DNA from: Escherichia coli
Lineage (GTDB): Bacteria; Pseudomonadota; Gammaproteobacteria; Enterobacterales; Enterobacteriaceae
DNA length: 864 bases
Assembly (NCBI RefSeq): GCF_003334335.1
Contig: NZ_QOWQ01000142.1
Strand: one strand, 5' to 3'
Positions 1-864 of this stretch are shown here, piece after piece (within the stretch, counting starts at the first letter, position 1; every line of letters starts with the position of its first letter). The notes beneath the pieces were generated by a model, which had not been told where the DNA came from, searched no databases, and worked only from the letters and a program-made list of their open reading frames with translations. The position numbers and the translations under genes were made by a program.

Positions 1-204
1 GGGACAACGCCACGCTCCGTTAACGCGGTAAACCCCGGTGTGTATCGTTTTTGATTATCCCCGCACACTCGCGCAGAGGAGTCTCCCGGTAGGGCTGCGG
101 TCTCTGTTCATGTGGGAATACGGCGACGATACTGCGCAAAGACATGCTTCAGAAATACATAAGTAAACTAAAATATTGTATCTCTGTGGCTAATTACGTA
201 AATT

Positions 205-228
205 GGTGGCTTGGCCCCTTTAGCCACC
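205..228 (-). terminator. Candidate stem-loop, possibly an intrinsic terminator, about 35 nt downstream of the Rz stop
   Basis: GGTGGCT (205..211) and AGCCACC (222..228) form a perfect 7-bp GC-rich inverted repeat around a 10-nt loop. On the minus-strand transcript the stem is followed by AAUUUACGUAAUU, a weak and interrupted U-tract. On the plus strand no U-tract follows. Confidence 0.25.
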
Positions 229-262
229 GGCAAATCTTCAGCGGATTATCCTTGGCCGGTTT

Positions 263-736
263 TTATCTGAGGCATTGCTCACGAATGTATAGCTGTGCCC
301 CTTCCAGCTGCTTCTGCATTGTCATCAACCGTTCTCTGAGGATGAAATAATCCCGTTCAGCGGCGTCTGCCAGTCTGGGGCCGGTTGCATTATCCACGCC
401 GGAGGTGGTGGGGGCTTCACGCACGGAGCCTGGACAGGTGGCGTTGATCCGCAGGCGCTTACGACCAGCGGCAACGTCAGCGCGAAGAGTTTCATTTTCA
501 GCTCTCGCATCGGCTAATTCCCTCGAGTATTTTGCATCGAGCGCAGCAACATCGCGCTGGCGCACCTGCATATCAGTAATGGTTGCGTTCGCCAGCTTCA
601 GTTCACTGGCTTTGTTATCGCGCTGCGCTTTGTAGGTAATCGCGTTATCACGGTAATGGTCTGTTGCCATCCACAGCGCTCCACAGGCCACCAGCAGAAT
701 AACGATAAACGCGGAAAGCATTCGGTTTATGTTCAC
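263..736 (-). CDS. Rz: Rz-family i-spanin (inner-membrane spanin subunit, annotated in many genomes as phage endopeptidase Rz/RzpD-like)
   Basis: The 157-aa ORF starts at GTG 736..734 and ends at TAA 265..263. It has a short N-terminus with one Arg, then a hydrophobic transmembrane segment ([19 protein letters not shown]), then a charged, Ala/Arg/Glu-rich periplasmic domain. From memory it aligns closely with lambda/P22 Rz: motifs [75 protein letters not shown] and a C-terminal EQC are all shared. Two periplasmic Cys are present (INATC and EQCLR), matching the disulfide-forming Cys of lambda Rz. An alternative start is ATG 721..719, giving 152 aa; neither start has a strong Shine-Dalgarno. 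Confidence 0.9.
   Translation of the reverse strand: MNINRMLSAFIVILLVACGALWMATDHYRDNAITYKAQRDNKASELKLANATITDMQVRQRDVAALDAKYSRELADARAENETLRADVAAGRKRLRINATCPGSVREAPTTSGVDNATGPRLADAAERDYFILRERLMTMQKQLEGAQLYIREQCLR
325..510 (-). CDS. Rz1: Rz1-family o-spanin (outer-membrane lipoprotein spanin subunit), embedded in the +1 frame of Rz
   Basis: The 61-aa ORF (ATG 510..508) lies wholly inside the Rz gene in the +1 frame. It has a lipoprotein signal peptide with a charged n-region (MRELKMK), a hydrophobic h-region ([10 protein letters not shown]) and a lipobox VSA|C (Cys20, codon 453..451). The mature 42-aa peptide is very proline-rich (11 Pro) and carries a second Cys (Cys30). From memory, the mature segment [29 protein letters not shown] is nearly identical to lambda Rz1. 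GAGGG lies 9 nt upstream of the ATG. An alternative start is ATG 495..493 (MKLFAL..., 56 aa). Confidence 0.85.
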   Translation of the reverse strand: MRELKMKLFALTLPLVVSACGSTPPVQAPCVKPPPPPAWIMQPAPDWQTPLNGIISSSENG

Positions 737-864
737 CCCAGCAGCCCCGACGAAGACAACATCATCCAGGCCATGGAAAGAAAAAGAGCAACCAGCATTA
801 GTGAAAATGAAATGCCGACAATTACACAGAGGATCTTCGCCAGCGTTATGAGTTTGTCTGACAT
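733..864 (-). CDS. Hypothetical small single-pass membrane peptide (43 aa) upstream of and overlapping the Rz start; function unknown
   Basis: The ORF runs from ATG 864..862 at the window edge to TGA 735..733 and encodes [43 protein letters not shown]. It has a short polar N-terminus, a hydrophobic stretch of about 28 residues consistent with one transmembrane helix, and a short Ser/Gly tail. Its stop overlaps the Rz GTG start in a GTGA arrangement, which suggests translational coupling. The ORF was too short for the supplied ORF track. Its ribosome-binding site lies outside the window, and the ATG could be internal to a longer ORF. Confidence 0.35.
   Translation of the reverse strand: MSDKLITLAKILCVIVGISFSLMLVALFLSMAWMMLSSSGLLG

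Noticed and set aside
1-143. Possible tRNA or integration attachment site at the window start
   Set aside because: I found no GTTCRA-type T-loop with a matching stem, no cloverleaf and no CCA-adjacent acceptor pattern on either strand, and a lysis cassette is not normally at a prophage end.
20-145. Minus-strand 41-aa ORF (MSLRSIVAVFPHEQRPQPYRETPLRECAGIIKNDTHRGLPR)
   Set aside because: It has only a weak GAAG two nt before the ATG, a Pro/Arg-rich low-complexity composition and no recognisable motif. It is kept as a possibility only within the finding on region 1..262.
52-251. 8-bp direct repeat GATTATCC (53..60 and 244..251)
   Set aside because: Several exact 8-mer repeats are expected by chance in 864 bp, and there is no flanking structure suggesting terminal repeats or a target-site duplication.
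1-262. Convergent bor-like lipoprotein gene downstream of Rz, as in lambda
   Set aside because: No plus-strand frame entering from the left encodes anything resembling the Bor C-terminus, and the longest such frame closes by position 54.
144-350. Plus-strand 68-aa ORF (MLQKYISKLKYC...) from the ORF track
   Set aside because: It runs antisense across the 3' end of Rz and Rz1. The peptide is Cys/Ser-rich with no recognisable domain and no evident ribosome-binding site, and is most likely a chance open frame opposite a real gene.
405-635. Plus-strand 76-aa ORF ([11 protein letters not shown]...) from the ORF track
   Set aside because: It is entirely antisense to the well-supported Rz coding region. 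Its Arg/Ala/Ser-rich composition is typical of the reverse frame of a GC-rich gene, so it is very likely spurious.
737-864. Rz reading frame remains open upstream to the window edge, which could mean a longer Rz or an in-frame fusion
   Set aside because: There is no ATG, GTG or TTG in that frame upstream of GTG 736 within the window. The implied peptide (…[22 protein letters not shown]…) does not look protein-like, and the similarity to the Rz N-terminus begins at about 721..736. About 42 sense codons in a row is not statistically unusual.

Overview
This window is the distal end of a lambdoid-prophage lysis cassette, read on the minus strand. The central feature is an Rz-type inner-membrane spanin gene (263..736) with an Rz1-type outer-membrane lipoprotein spanin gene (325..510) fully embedded in its +1 frame, which is the classic lambda Rz/Rz1 architecture. 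Immediately upstream, a 43-codon, strongly hydrophobic ORF (733..864) begins with an ATG at the window edge and ends in a TGA that overlaps the Rz GTG start. This ORF is the one element I cannot assign to a known family, and the best candidate for something undescribed, though it could also be a spurious frame or a gene fragment. The region downstream of Rz (1..262) has no convincing coding frame; it contains a GC-rich hairpin, an AT-rich tract with a perfect TTACGTAA palindrome, and a possible minus-strand promoter. I see no rRNA, tRNA, CRISPR array or mobile-element termini. All homology statements rest on my recollection of the lambda/P22 Rz and Rz1 proteins, not on a database search.
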